NCBI GenBank assembly: GCA_045636365.1 | Contig: JAZTXG010000012.1 | Span: 6,559 to 70,558, forward strand | Source of the DNA: Eubacteriales bacterium | GTDB taxonomy: Bacteria; Bacillota; Clostridia; Oscillospirales; QAKW01 | Direction: 5' to 3' | DNA: 64,000 bases | In this document: in pieces, positions 52,749 through 61,104 of the stretch | How the letters are laid out: the number at the start of each line of letters is the position of its first letter | Numbering within the stretch: position 1 is the stretch's first letter | Notes under the pieces: model-generated | What the model was told of the DNA's origin: nothing | Database searches by the model: none | What the model saw: the letters and a program-made list of their open reading frames with translations, nothing else | Position numbers and translations under genes: made by a program

Positions 52749-52803
52749 CACGCTTCGCGTGATGACATACAACCTTCGGTTGATTCCATACCGCGCCGAG
52801 CGC
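52749..52803. repeat. Short mini-hairpin array (array C) of the same family as array A.
   Basis: The units are atACACGCttcGCGTGat, atACAACCttcGGTTGat and a weaker GCGCcgaGCGC. In reverse complement the first two match array A units 2 and 3 apart from the loops. Confidence 0.55.
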
Positions 52804-52851
52804 AGAGAAACGATGGTTGATGCTATATTATATCTTTATTATATAAAGGAA

Positions 52852-52881
52852 AAAATCCGTTCGGCGAACCGAACGGATTTT
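52852..52881 (-). terminator. Rho-independent (bidirectional-looking) terminator after pck.
   Basis: AAAATCCGTTCGGcgaaCCGAACGGATTTT. Confidence 0.75.
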
Positions 52882-52902
52882 GTTTTATTGGTTTGTGTGA
52901 TT

Positions 52903-54684
52903 TTATGCGTCGAGGCGGCTTTCGAACTTAGCCAGCTCTTCTGCCAATTCGCCGGGAAGAGTCTTATCCTCATCGAACTTGGCATAGAACTCTTTGATGC
53001 CGACGATATCTTCTTTCCAGAGATCCTTATCGACAGAGAGCAGACCCTTGACGGTATCGAGGTCGATATCCTTCAAGCCTTCGATGTTGATATCCTCAGC
53101 CTTGGGCAGGTAGCCGATGGCGGTCTCGACAGCGTCTGCCTTATCGGCGCAGCGGTCGAGGATCCATTCCAGAACGCGGAGGTTATCGCCGAAGCCCGGC
53201 CAGATGAAGTTGCCTTCATCGTCGGTACGGAACCAGTTGACATTGAAGATCTTGGGAGCGTGGGGGATCTTTTTGCCCATTTCAATCCAGTGTGCAAAAT
53301 AATCGCCCATATTATAGCCGCAGAAGGGCAGCATAGCCATGGGATCGCGGCGGACAACACCGACAGCGCCTGCAGCGGCAGCGGTGGTCTCGGAAGCCAT
53401 GATGGAGCCTACGAACACACCGTGGTTCCAATCGAAGGATTGATATACCAGCGGAGCGGTCTTGGCGCGGCGGCCACCGAAGACGATAGCATCGATGGGT
53501 ACACCGTTGGGGTTATTGAACTCCTTGGAGATGCAGGGGCAATTCTCGGCGGGAGCGGTGAAGCGGCTATTGGGATGAGCCGCGCAGGTGGACTTATCCT
53601 TCTTATCGAACTTGGCGGGATCCCAGGGTTGACCCTTCCAGTCGATGGCGTTTTCGGGCAGGTCTTTATTGAGGCCTTCCCACCATACGGTATTATCCGC
53701 AGTGTGGCAAACGTTGGTGAAGATGGTATCCTTCATGGTAGAAGCCAATGCGTTGGGGTTGGACTTATCGTTGGTACCGGGGGCAACACCGAAGAAGCCG
53801 TTCTCGGGGTTCATCGCATAGAGGCGGCCATCCTCGCCGACACGCAGCCAGGAGATATCGTCGCCGACGCACCATACTTTATAGCCTTTTTCGGCATAAA
53901 GCTCGGGGGGGATCAGCATGGCCAGATTGGTCTTACCGCAAGCGGAGGGGAAGGCGGCGCAGATATAGCGAACTTCGCCTTCGGGGTTTTCCACACCCAA
54001 GATCAGCATATGCTCAGCCATCCAGCCTTCCAGCTTACCCTGATAGGAAGCAATACGCAGAGCAAAGCACTTTTTGCCCAGCAGAACGTTGCCGCCGTAA
54101 CCGGAGTTGACAGACATAATGGTATTATCCTCGGGGAAATGCATGATATACTTCTTGGAAGCATCCATCTGAGCGCGGGAATGCAAGCCCTTAACGAACT
54201 CGCCATCGCCCAAAGCTTCCAGAACCTTCTTGCCGATGCGGGTCATGATGTGCATATTCAGCACAACATAGATGCTATCGGTCAGCTCAATACCGATCTT
54301 GGAGAAGGGAGAGCCGATGACACCCATGCTATAGGGGATGACATACATGGTTCTGCCTTCCATGGAGCCTTCAAAAAGTTCATACATCATTTTGTATGCT
54401 TCTTGGGGGTCCATCCAGTTGTTGGTGGGGCCGGCATCCTTCTTGGTCTTGGCGCAGATAAAGGTTCTATCCTCTACGCGGGCAACGTCCAAAGGATCGG
54501 TGCGGTGCAGGTAGCAGCCGGGCAGCTTTTCCTGATCCAGCTTCTCAATCTCGCCGGTGGCGCAAGCTTCGGCGCGCAGAGCTTCGAGTTGCTCCTCGCT
54601 GCCGTCGATCCAGACGATATTGGCAGGCTTGGTGATGGCTGCCATTTCGTCGACCCATTTGAGCAGTGCTTTGTTCTCAGTCAT
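52903..54684 (-). CDS. pck: Phosphoenolpyruvate carboxykinase (GTP-dependent).
   Basis: A 593-aa ORF. Motifs: IVWIDGSEEQ, GPTNNWMDP, AAFPSACGKTNLAML (kinase-1a), and WFRTDDEGNFIWPGFGDN. Confidence 0.9.
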   Translation of the reverse strand: MTENKALLKWVDEMAAITKPANIVWIDGSEEQLEALRAEACATGEIEKLDQEKLPGCYLHRTDPLDVARVEDRTFICAKTKKDAGPTNNWMDPQEAYKMMYELFEGSMEGRTMYVIPYSMGVIGSPFSKIGIELTDSIYVVLNMHIMTRIGKKVLEALGDGEFVKGLHSRAQMDASKKYIMHFPEDNTIMSVNSGYGGNVLLGKKCFALRIASYQGKLEGWMAEHMLILGVENPEGEVRYICAAFPSACGKTNLAMLIPPELYAEKGYKVWCVGDDISWLRVGEDGRLYAMNPENGFFGVAPGTNDKSNPNALASTMKDTIFTNVCHTADNTVWWEGLNKDLPENAIDWKGQPWDPAKFDKKDKSTCAAHPNSRFTAPAENCPCISKEFNNPNGVPIDAIVFGGRRAKTAPLVYQSFDWNHGVFVGSIMASETTAAAAGAVGVVRRDPMAMLPFCGYNMGDYFAHWIEMGKKIPHAPKIFNVNWFRTDDEGNFIWPGFGDNLRVLEWILDRCADKADAVETAIGYLPKAEDINIEGLKDIDLDTVKGLLSVDKDLWKEDIVGIKEFYAKFDEDKTLPGELAEELAKFESRLDA

Positions 54685-54733
54685 CGTTCAATTTTCCTTT
54701 CTTTTATGAAAATTCAATTTTTTCCTAATATAC

Positions 54734-54762
54734 ATTATATAGGCAGAATTGTCTCTTGACAA
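54734..54762 (-). promoter_or_regulatory. Putative sigma-A promoter of pck.
   Basis: On the minus strand, TTGTCA is at 54762-54757 and TATAAT at 54739-54734, separated by a 17-nt spacer. The -10 lies about 50 nt upstream of the ATG. Confidence 0.45.
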
Positions 54763-54782
54763 TCCCTATTTTTGCTAAAGTT

Positions 54783-55616
54783 TTAAATTTTATCCCTCAA
54801 ATTTTGTGCAAGATGGAAAAGGCGAATAAAATCTTGGGGCGAAAAGGTTTCGGCGCGTGCGGTTTGGGGCAGGTCTGCCGCTTCCAAAAGGGCGCAAAGC
54901 CCCGCCTTATCGGTATGGAGCAAGCCCTGCACCGCCGAAGAGGAGGCAAACATCTTGCGCCGCGCCGCAAAGGCCGCCTGCACAAAGGCGATAAAGCCCT
55001 TGGGGTCGGGATGCTCCTTTTTGGGGGTCAGCCGCACCACCGCGCTATGGACATGGGGGGCGGGATGGAAGCAATGGGGCGGGACTTCAAACAAAAGTTC
55101 CCCCTCGCATAACCCCTGCACCCAGACCGAAGCGGCGCGATACTCCTTGCCCTTCTTGGCGAGCAGACGCTCGGCGACCTCCTGCTGGACCATCAAAACA
55201 GCGGAATCCCAGCAATCGATATTCTTTAAAAGAAGCAGCAAAATCTCGGTCGTTATATAATAAGGTAGATTTCCCACAATGGTACACTTGCCGCCAAACG
55301 CTTCCTCGGCGATTTTCGGCAGGTCGCATTTCAAAACATCCTGCCAGATAAACCGATGGTTCTCAAAGGGAACCTGCTCCATAAGCAACGGCTCCAAGCT
55401 GCGGTCGATTTCGATGGTGACCGCTTTTTTTGCCCTTTGGCAGAGCAGGCTTGTCAGCGAGCCGATGCCTGCGCCAATCTCCAGAATATGCTCCCCTTCG
55501 GCGGCAGCGGCGATGCCCGCCAGCACCGAGGAATCCTTCAGAAAATTCTGCCCTAAACTTTTGGTGGTGCAAAGACCATACTGCGCCAAAACAGCGCGAA
55601 CATCAATATCATTCAT
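54783..55616 (-). CDS. rsmA: 16S rRNA (adenine1518/1519-N6)-dimethyltransferase.
   Basis: A 277-aa ORF. Motifs: KSLGQNFL, ILEIGAGIGSLT, and VGNLPYYITT. It overlaps lexA by 8 nt (ATGAATGA). Confidence 0.85.
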   Translation of the reverse strand: MNDIDVRAVLAQYGLCTTKSLGQNFLKDSSVLAGIAAAAEGEHILEIGAGIGSLTSLLCQRAKKAVTIEIDRSLEPLLMEQVPFENHRFIWQDVLKCDLPKIAEEAFGGKCTIVGNLPYYITTEILLLLLKNIDCWDSAVLMVQQEVAERLLAKKGKEYRAASVWVQGLCEGELLFEVPPHCFHPAPHVHSAVVRLTPKKEHPDPKGFIAFVQAAFAARRKMFASSSAVQGLLHTDKAGLCALLEAADLPQTARAETFSPQDFIRLFHLAQNLRDKI

Positions 55617-56211
55617 AACTTCTTGTTAGCCCTATCAAGCGTCCTAAAATTTGGCAATCTTGGGTATAAATCGGCTCCATTGCATCGTTTTCGGGCTGCA
55701 GGCGCATCCGCCCATCCTCCCGATAGACCCGCTTGAGGGTGGCTTCCTCCTCCAGCAAAACTGCGGCGATCTCTCCGTCCTCAACGACGGAAGTCTGCTC
55801 CAGCAGGACGATATCTTGGGGCAAAATCCCCGCGTTTATCATGCTCTCGCCCCGCACCTTCAGCGCAAAAAGGCTGCGCCCTCTTGCCACCGCGGGGTCG
55901 ACCGGCAAATACCCTTCAATCTGCTCCGCCGCCAGCAGCGGCGCGCCTGCGGCAATGGTCCCCAATACCGCCACAGGGATGCTCCCCTTGGCGCCTGCCA
56001 GCCGCCGATATCGGCCATCCCGCTCAAGGGCGCCCTGCTGCTCCAGCCGGTCCAGCAACGCTGCCGCCTGACTGGTGGAGGAAAGGCCCATCGCCTGCTG
56101 CAGCGCCCGAACGGTGGGGAACCGCCCCTGCTGCTCCACCGCATCGCGAAGCCATTGCAGCGCCCGCGCATCGCGTTCTATGATTTTTTTGGTGGTGTTT
56201 CTCTTGCTCAT
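55609..56211 (-). CDS. lexA: LexA repressor (winged HTH plus S24 autopeptidase).
   Basis: A 200-aa ORF. The cleavage-site region is IAAGAPLLAAE. The catalytic motifs are VRGESMINAGI (Ser) and LKRVY (Lys). Confidence 0.85.
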   Translation of the reverse strand: MSKRNTTKKIIERDARALQWLRDAVEQQGRFPTVRALQQAMGLSSTSQAAALLDRLEQQGALERDGRYRRLAGAKGSIPVAVLGTIAAGAPLLAAEQIEGYLPVDPAVARGRSLFALKVRGESMINAGILPQDIVLLEQTSVVEDGEIAAVLLEEEATLKRVYREDGRMRLQPENDAMEPIYTQDCQILGRLIGLTRSYE

Positions 56212-56741
56212 TTTAAGAATTTAAAGGTTTCGAGCATCTTTTCGATGTCGGTCAGAAAATAGGTATAGCTTTCAAATTCGCCGATATAGGTCAACACATA
56301 GATTTTTTCCTTATACTCGACAAAAATCTGCATAAAGCGCAGGGCATTGGACCCATCCTTGGAGGAGCTTTCATAGACGATCTGGTATGCCTTTTGGCCC
56401 GAAAGGGTGGTCTCCTTTTCGCTGACCAGCTTATAGTTTTCCACGCTGCTCTCCAGATCGGCAACATAGCCGCGGACATAATCGGTATAGGCCATATCGG
56501 GGGTGAACCGCTGCACCGAAAGGCTCTCGTTATGCTGGTCGCTATAACCCTCGGTGGGGGTGACGAACACCGCAATGCCGTCTTTGTTACTCGAATTCTT
56601 TTGCCAGAATTCGGGGTACTCGATGGAAAAACCCAGCGGGGTGGAGCGGAAGAGCTTATAGCCCTCGTTGGTCGCCTTTTGGCAGCCCGCCAAACCGAGC
56701 AGTAAAAGTATGGATAAAAGAAATGCGATGATTCTTTTCAT
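56208..56741 (-). CDS. Lipoprotein of unknown function (PsbP/DUF1795-like fold suspected).
   Basis: ORF track 56208..56849. The likely start is MKRIIAFLLSILLLLGLAGC at 56741 (the LAGC lipobox). It has a 4-nt overlap with the lexA start. Confidence 0.65.
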   Translation of the reverse strand: MKRIIAFLLSILLLLGLAGCQKATNEGYKLFRSTPLGFSIEYPEFWQKNSSNKDGIAVFVTPTEGYSDQHNESLSVQRFTPDMAYTDYVRGYVADLESSVENYKLVSEKETTLSGQKAYQIVYESSSKDGSNALRFMQIFVEYKEKIYVLTYIGEFESYTYFLTDIEKMLETFKFLK

Positions 56742-56869
56742 TGCGATTTTCCCCTTTAATTGCATAATTAATTTTATATTAACATAAAAATGTCTTTTTG
56801 ACAATACAAAAGGTTGCCTTTGCCCGAAATTTGTGCTATCATTAAGCAATGAAAGGAAGTAATTGTTTT

Positions 56870-57883
56870 ATGGCTGAAAAAAAGCAATGTAATTATACAA
56901 GTATCGGCGGTTCGGCGCTGATCGAAGGCGTGATGATGCGGGGGAGCGATAAGCTCGCTATTGCCTGCCGCCGCGCCGACGGCGCTATCCAGATGAAAAT
57001 CGAGCCGCTGGACACCCAAAAGAAATGGTATGCCAAAATCCCTGTCCTGCGCGGGATTTTAGCCTTTGTCTCTTCGCTGACGGTGAGCTATAAATGCCTG
57101 ATGTATTCCGCCGATGTCTCGATGGAGGGGCTGGAAGAACCGGAAAATCCAAGCAAGTTGGATCAATTTCTGGAAAAGCTGATGGGCAAAACCGGTATGG
57201 CGATTCTCGGCGGCATCTCGATGGTGCTGGGGCTGGCGCTTTCCCTTTTCCTCTTTATGTATCTGCCCACCCTCTTTACCAGCTGGGCAATGTTCTGGGC
57301 GCCCGCGCCGCTCAAGGCGGTGGCGGAAGGGATTTTGAAGATCCTCATCTTTTTGGGGTATCTGCTCTCGGTCTCCTTGATGCCCGATATGCGCCGCACC
57401 TTCCAATACCACGGCGGCGAGCATAAATCCATCTTCTGCTTTGAGGCAGGGGAGGAGCTTAATACCGCAAACACCAAAAAGCAAAAGCGGCTGCATCCCC
57501 GCTGCGGGACCTCCTTTATGTTCTTCACCCTTTTGATCAGCATTGTATTTGCCATGTTTATCCCTTGGGGCAACCGCTTGGTGCGGACCTTTTTGAAGAT
57601 CATCTTCATCCCGCTGGTGATGGGAATCGCCTATGAATTCATCCGCTATGCGGGCAAGCGGGATAATTGGTTTACCCGCATCCTCTCTGCCCCCGGCAAG
57701 TGGTTCCAGCTGATTACCACCAAGGAGCCGGACGAAAAACAAATCAATGTGGCGCTCTGCGCCTTAAAGGGCGTGCTGAACGATTACCCGCTCAATAAGG
57801 AATTCATTGTGGACGAAGAAGGAAACTATCTGAAGGATAAGGACGATGAGAACGAAGCTGAAGGACCTGCAACGGCAGGGTGA
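56870..57883 (+). CDS. DUF1385-family membrane protein (commonly found upstream of prmC).
   Basis: ORF track 56849..57883, with an ATG at 56870 after AAAGGAAG. Motifs: IGGSALIEGVMMRG and YHGGEHK. Four TM segments are present. Confidence 0.7.
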   Translation: MAEKKQCNYTSIGGSALIEGVMMRGSDKLAIACRRADGAIQMKIEPLDTQKKWYAKIPVLRGILAFVSSLTVSYKCLMYSADVSMEGLEEPENPSKLDQFLEKLMGKTGMAILGGISMVLGLALSLFLFMYLPTLFTSWAMFWAPAPLKAVAEGILKILIFLGYLLSVSLMPDMRRTFQYHGGEHKSIFCFEAGEELNTANTKKQKRLHPRCGTSFMFFTLLISIVFAMFIPWGNRLVRTFLKIIFIPLVMGIAYEFIRYAGKRDNWFTRILSAPGKWFQLITTKEPDEKQINVALCALKGVLNDYPLNKEFIVDEEGNYLKDKDDENEAEGPATAG

Positions 57884-58691
57884 GATCATATTAAAAGAGC
57901 GGGGGATCGAAAATTATCGCAACGATGTTTTCTGCCTGCTCAATAAGCATTTCGGCGCCTCCCGCGCTGATATCCTGCTCCAAGGGGAGCAGGATTTTGA
58001 AGAAGAAACGGTGCTCGCCTATATGCACGACCTGCAAAAGCGGGGCGACCGCACCCCCTTGCAGCACCTTTTGGGGAACTGGGAATTTATGGGCCTGCCC
58101 TTTATCGTTTCCCCCGATGTCCTGATTCCGCGGAGCGAGACCGAATGGCTGGTGGAATATGTGTTGAGTAAGTATGCCGACCGCCCCATCAAGGTGCTGG
58201 ACCTCTGCACCGGCAGCGGCTGCATCGGCATCGCGGTGAAGAAACTGCTGCCCCAGGCGCAGGTGACGATGGTGGACATCAGCGCTTTGGCGCTGGAGGT
58301 GGCCAAAAAGAACGCCAAGCAAAACGGCGCGGAGGTCACCATCGAAAAATGGGATATCCTGCAGGGCATTCCCTTCTTTTTGGAAAAGGAGCGGTTTGAT
58401 GTCATCCTCTCCAATCCGCCTTATATCAAGACCGAGGACTTAAAGGACCTGCAGCCCGAGGTTCAAAAAGAACCCGCCCTTGCCTTGGACGGCGGCGCCG
58501 ACGGTCTGCTTTATTACCACGCCCTCGCCAAGACCTGGAGCGATCTTCTCGCCGAGGGCGGCGAGCTGATTATCGAAGCAGGGGAGGATACCGCCGCAGG
58601 GGTGCGGGACATCTTCGAGCAACACCTCAAGAATGCCACATTGCATCACGACCTGGCAAATCTGCCCCGCTATGTTACGGCCACGAAATAA
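57846..58691 (+). CDS. prmC: Peptide chain release factor N5-glutamine methyltransferase.
   Basis: A 281-aa ORF. Motifs: PLQHLLGNWEFMGL, VLDLCTGSGCIG, and NPPYI. It overlaps the upstream gene by 38 nt. Confidence 0.85.
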   Translation: MRTKLKDLQRQGEIILKERGIENYRNDVFCLLNKHFGASRADILLQGEQDFEEETVLAYMHDLQKRGDRTPLQHLLGNWEFMGLPFIVSPDVLIPRSETEWLVEYVLSKYADRPIKVLDLCTGSGCIGIAVKKLLPQAQVTMVDISALALEVAKKNAKQNGAEVTIEKWDILQGIPFFLEKERFDVILSNPPYIKTEDLKDLQPEVQKEPALALDGGADGLLYYHALAKTWSDLLAEGGELIIEAGEDTAAGVRDIFEQHLKNATLHHDLANLPRYVTATK

Positions 58692-58695
58692 AATA

Positions 58696-58735
58696 AAATC
58701 TCTCAATCCGTTCTTCTTGGATTGAGAGATTTTTT
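58696..58735 (+). terminator. Rho-independent terminator after prmC.
   Basis: AAAATCTCTCAATCCgttcttcttGGATTGAGAGATTTTTT. Confidence 0.8.
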
Positions 58736-58793
58736 GTTTGAAAATCAAAATTTTTGTGTTTTTCGCAGTTATTTTATTACCAATGAAATTTTC

Positions 58794-58822
58794 TTGACTT
58801 TTAAAATACATTATTTTAAAAT
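58794..58822 (+). promoter_or_regulatory. Putative sigma-A promoter of the rnf operon.
   Basis: TTGACT is at 58794-58799 and TAAAAT at 58817-58822, separated by a 17-nt spacer, about 45 nt upstream of the rnfC ATG. Confidence 0.4.
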
Positions 58823-58867
58823 TGAAATGTATATATATTTAATATTAAAAGAGAAAGGTGATAAATT

Positions 58868-60184
58868 ATGTCAACTTATCTTCGCGGAATACACACGCCT
58901 CACCGAAAAGGCACCAAAAGCAAGCCGGTCCTTCGGATGGACATCCCCAAAAAGGTAACCATTCCGATGTCGATGCATATCGGCAAGCCGGCGACCCCCA
59001 TCGTCAAGGTCGGCGACCTTGTTCGGGTGGGGACCAAGATCGGCGAGGCCGACGGATATATTTCTTCGCCCGTTTTTTCTTCGGTTTCGGGCAAGGTGGT
59101 CAAGCTGGAGGAATACCGCCTCTCAAGCGGCGCCGCCACCACCGCCGTTGTCGTCGAATCGGATGGGGAGATGGCGGTGGATGAATCCATCGCTCCGCCG
59201 GTGGTGAGCAATAAGGAGGATTTGGTCGCTGCAATCAAAGCCTCCGGCATTGTCGGGCTGGGCGGCGCAGGCTTTCCCACCTTTGTCAAATTGGATGCGG
59301 ACCCTGCGCGAATCGATTATTTAATCATCAACGGCGCGGAATGTGAGCCCTATGTCACCAGCGACACCGTCACCATGCTGACCCGCGGCGAGGATATGCA
59401 GATTGCTCTGGAAGCGCTGCGTACCCATTTGGGAATCCAAAAGGTTCTCATCGGCGTGGAAAACAACAATAAAAAAGCCGCCGAGGCCATGAAGGAGCTG
59501 GCGGCAAACATCGAAGGGATGGACATCAAGGTGCTCTCCCTGCCCGCTGTTTATCCCCAGGGCGGTGAAAAGGTGCTGATCTATCATGCCACCGGCCGCA
59601 AGGTGCAGACCAATCAGCTTCCCATCGACCAAGGGTGCGTGGTCCTCAACTGCACCACCCTTGCCGCCATCGGCGCCTATCTGCAAAGCGGTATGCCGCT
59701 GGTGGAAAAATGCGTCACTGTCGACGGCGGCGCGGTTCGCCTCCCGCAAAATGTTCTGGCGCCCATCGGCGCCTCCTTCCAAGACCTCTTTGAGGTTTGC
59801 GGCGGGCTGACAAGCGAGCCTGCCAAGATGATCTACGGCGGGCCGATGATGGGAATCACTGTCCCCAACGCCACCGCACCGATCCTCAAGAACACCAACG
59901 CGATTTTGGCGTTGACCCAAAAAGAGGCGCGGTTGCCCAAAACCACCGCCTGCATCCGCTGCGGCGCCTGTGTCAATACCTGCCCCTTCGGGCTGGCGCC
60001 GGCGAGCATTGCCGCAGCCTATGATAAAAAAGATGCTGATGCGCTCAAGGACCTGCAGGTTCTCTCTTGCATGGAATGTGGTTGCTGCAGCTTTGTCTGC
60101 CCTGCCAACCGCCCCTTGGTGCAGCTGAATAAACTTTCCAAACAATTCCTTCGCGAAGAAGCAAGAAAGGAGGGCGGCAAATAA
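58868..60184 (+). CDS. rnfC: Rnf complex subunit C (NADH-binding, 2x[4Fe-4S]).
   Basis: A 438-aa ORF. Motifs: GIVGLGGAGFPT, NGAECEPY, CIRCGACVNTCP, and CMECGCCSFVCP. Confidence 0.9.
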   Translation: MSTYLRGIHTPHRKGTKSKPVLRMDIPKKVTIPMSMHIGKPATPIVKVGDLVRVGTKIGEADGYISSPVFSSVSGKVVKLEEYRLSSGAATTAVVVESDGEMAVDESIAPPVVSNKEDLVAAIKASGIVGLGGAGFPTFVKLDADPARIDYLIINGAECEPYVTSDTVTMLTRGEDMQIALEALRTHLGIQKVLIGVENNNKKAAEAMKELAANIEGMDIKVLSLPAVYPQGGEKVLIYHATGRKVQTNQLPIDQGCVVLNCTTLAAIGAYLQSGMPLVEKCVTVDGGAVRLPQNVLAPIGASFQDLFEVCGGLTSEPAKMIYGGPMMGITVPNATAPILKNTNAILALTQKEARLPKTTACIRCGACVNTCPFGLAPASIAAAYDKKDADALKDLQVLSCMECGCCSFVCPANRPLVQLNKLSKQFLREEARKEGGK

Positions 60185-61104
60185 TGAGCTCTTTATCTAA
60201 AGTTATGATTTCTCCCCATATCCATAGCGGCAGGTCCACTGCGCGGATTATGGCGGATGTTCTGATCGCCCTGCTTCCTGCCACCATCGCAGGAACGGTG
60301 ATCTTCGGCGAACGCGCCTTATTTGTCATCCTCGTTTGCGTGCTTTGCTCGATGGGCTTTGAGGCGCTGTTTAATCTCATCACCAAACGAGCGCAGACGG
60401 TCGGCGACCTTTCCGCCGCTGTTACCGGCCTGCTGCTGGCGCTGAACCTCAACGCCGAGACCCCCTTATGGCAATGCGCGGTCGGTTCGCTCTTTGCCAT
60501 CGTTATCGTCAAATGTCTGTTTGGCGGCATCGGGCAAAATCTGGTCAACCCCGCCATCGCCGCTCGTGTATTTATGATTGTCGCCTTTGCTTCCATTGCA
60601 AAGCCCTCTTTCCCGATCGATTCGGTCTCTACCGCCACTCCGCTGGCCGCGGATGCGATGCCCTCCTTTATGGACCTCTTTTTGGGCAACTACGGCGGCG
60701 CCATCGGCGAGACCTGCTCTGCAGCGTTGCTGCTGGGCGGCCTCTATCTGCTGGTTCGCCGTGTCATCAGCTGGCACGCCCCCGCCGCCTTTATGGGGAC
60801 CGTTTTTGTCTTTTCCTTCTTTATGGAAGGCTTCAGCGCTTATGATGCGCTGACCATGGTCTTGGCCGGCGGTGTCATCCTCGGCGCGCTCTTTATGGCC
60901 ACCGACTATACCACCACCCCGCCCACCGCGGGAGGCAAGCTGGTCTTTGGTCTGGGCTGCGGCCTGATCACCTGCTTGATTCGCTATTTCGGTGTTTATC
61001 CCGAGGGCGTTTCTTTCGCCATCCTCTTTATGAACATTCTCACTCCCTATATCAGCCGCTGGACACGGCGGAAGACCTTTACCGAAGGAGGGAAATGTTT
61101 ATGA
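60184..61104 (+). CDS. rnfD: Rnf complex subunit D (NqrB-like membrane subunit).
   Basis: A 306-aa polytopic ORF. Motifs: SPHIH, NPAIAARVF, and the flavinylation-type motif MATDYTTTP. Confidence 0.85.
   Translation: MSSLSKVMISPHIHSGRSTARIMADVLIALLPATIAGTVIFGERALFVILVCVLCSMGFEALFNLITKRAQTVGDLSAAVTGLLLALNLNAETPLWQCAVGSLFAIVIVKCLFGGIGQNLVNPAIAARVFMIVAFASIAKPSFPIDSVSTATPLAADAMPSFMDLFLGNYGGAIGETCSAALLLGGLYLLVRRVISWHAPAAFMGTVFVFSFFMEGFSAYDALTMVLAGGVILGALFMATDYTTTPPTAGGKLVFGLGCGLITCLIRYFGVYPEGVSFAILFMNILTPYISRWTRRKTFTEGGKCL

Noticed and set aside
52588-54759. A 723-aa plus-strand ORF.
   Set aside because: It is antisense to a textbook GTP-dependent PEPCK on the minus strand. It has no motifs and implausible composition.
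57846-57883. The 38-nt overlap between the DUF1385 gene and prmC as a possible frameshift or fusion.
   Set aside because: Both reading frames give complete, motif-bearing proteins, and the DUF1385-prmC pairing is a common arrangement. I saw no slippery sequence or evidence of a disrupted frame.
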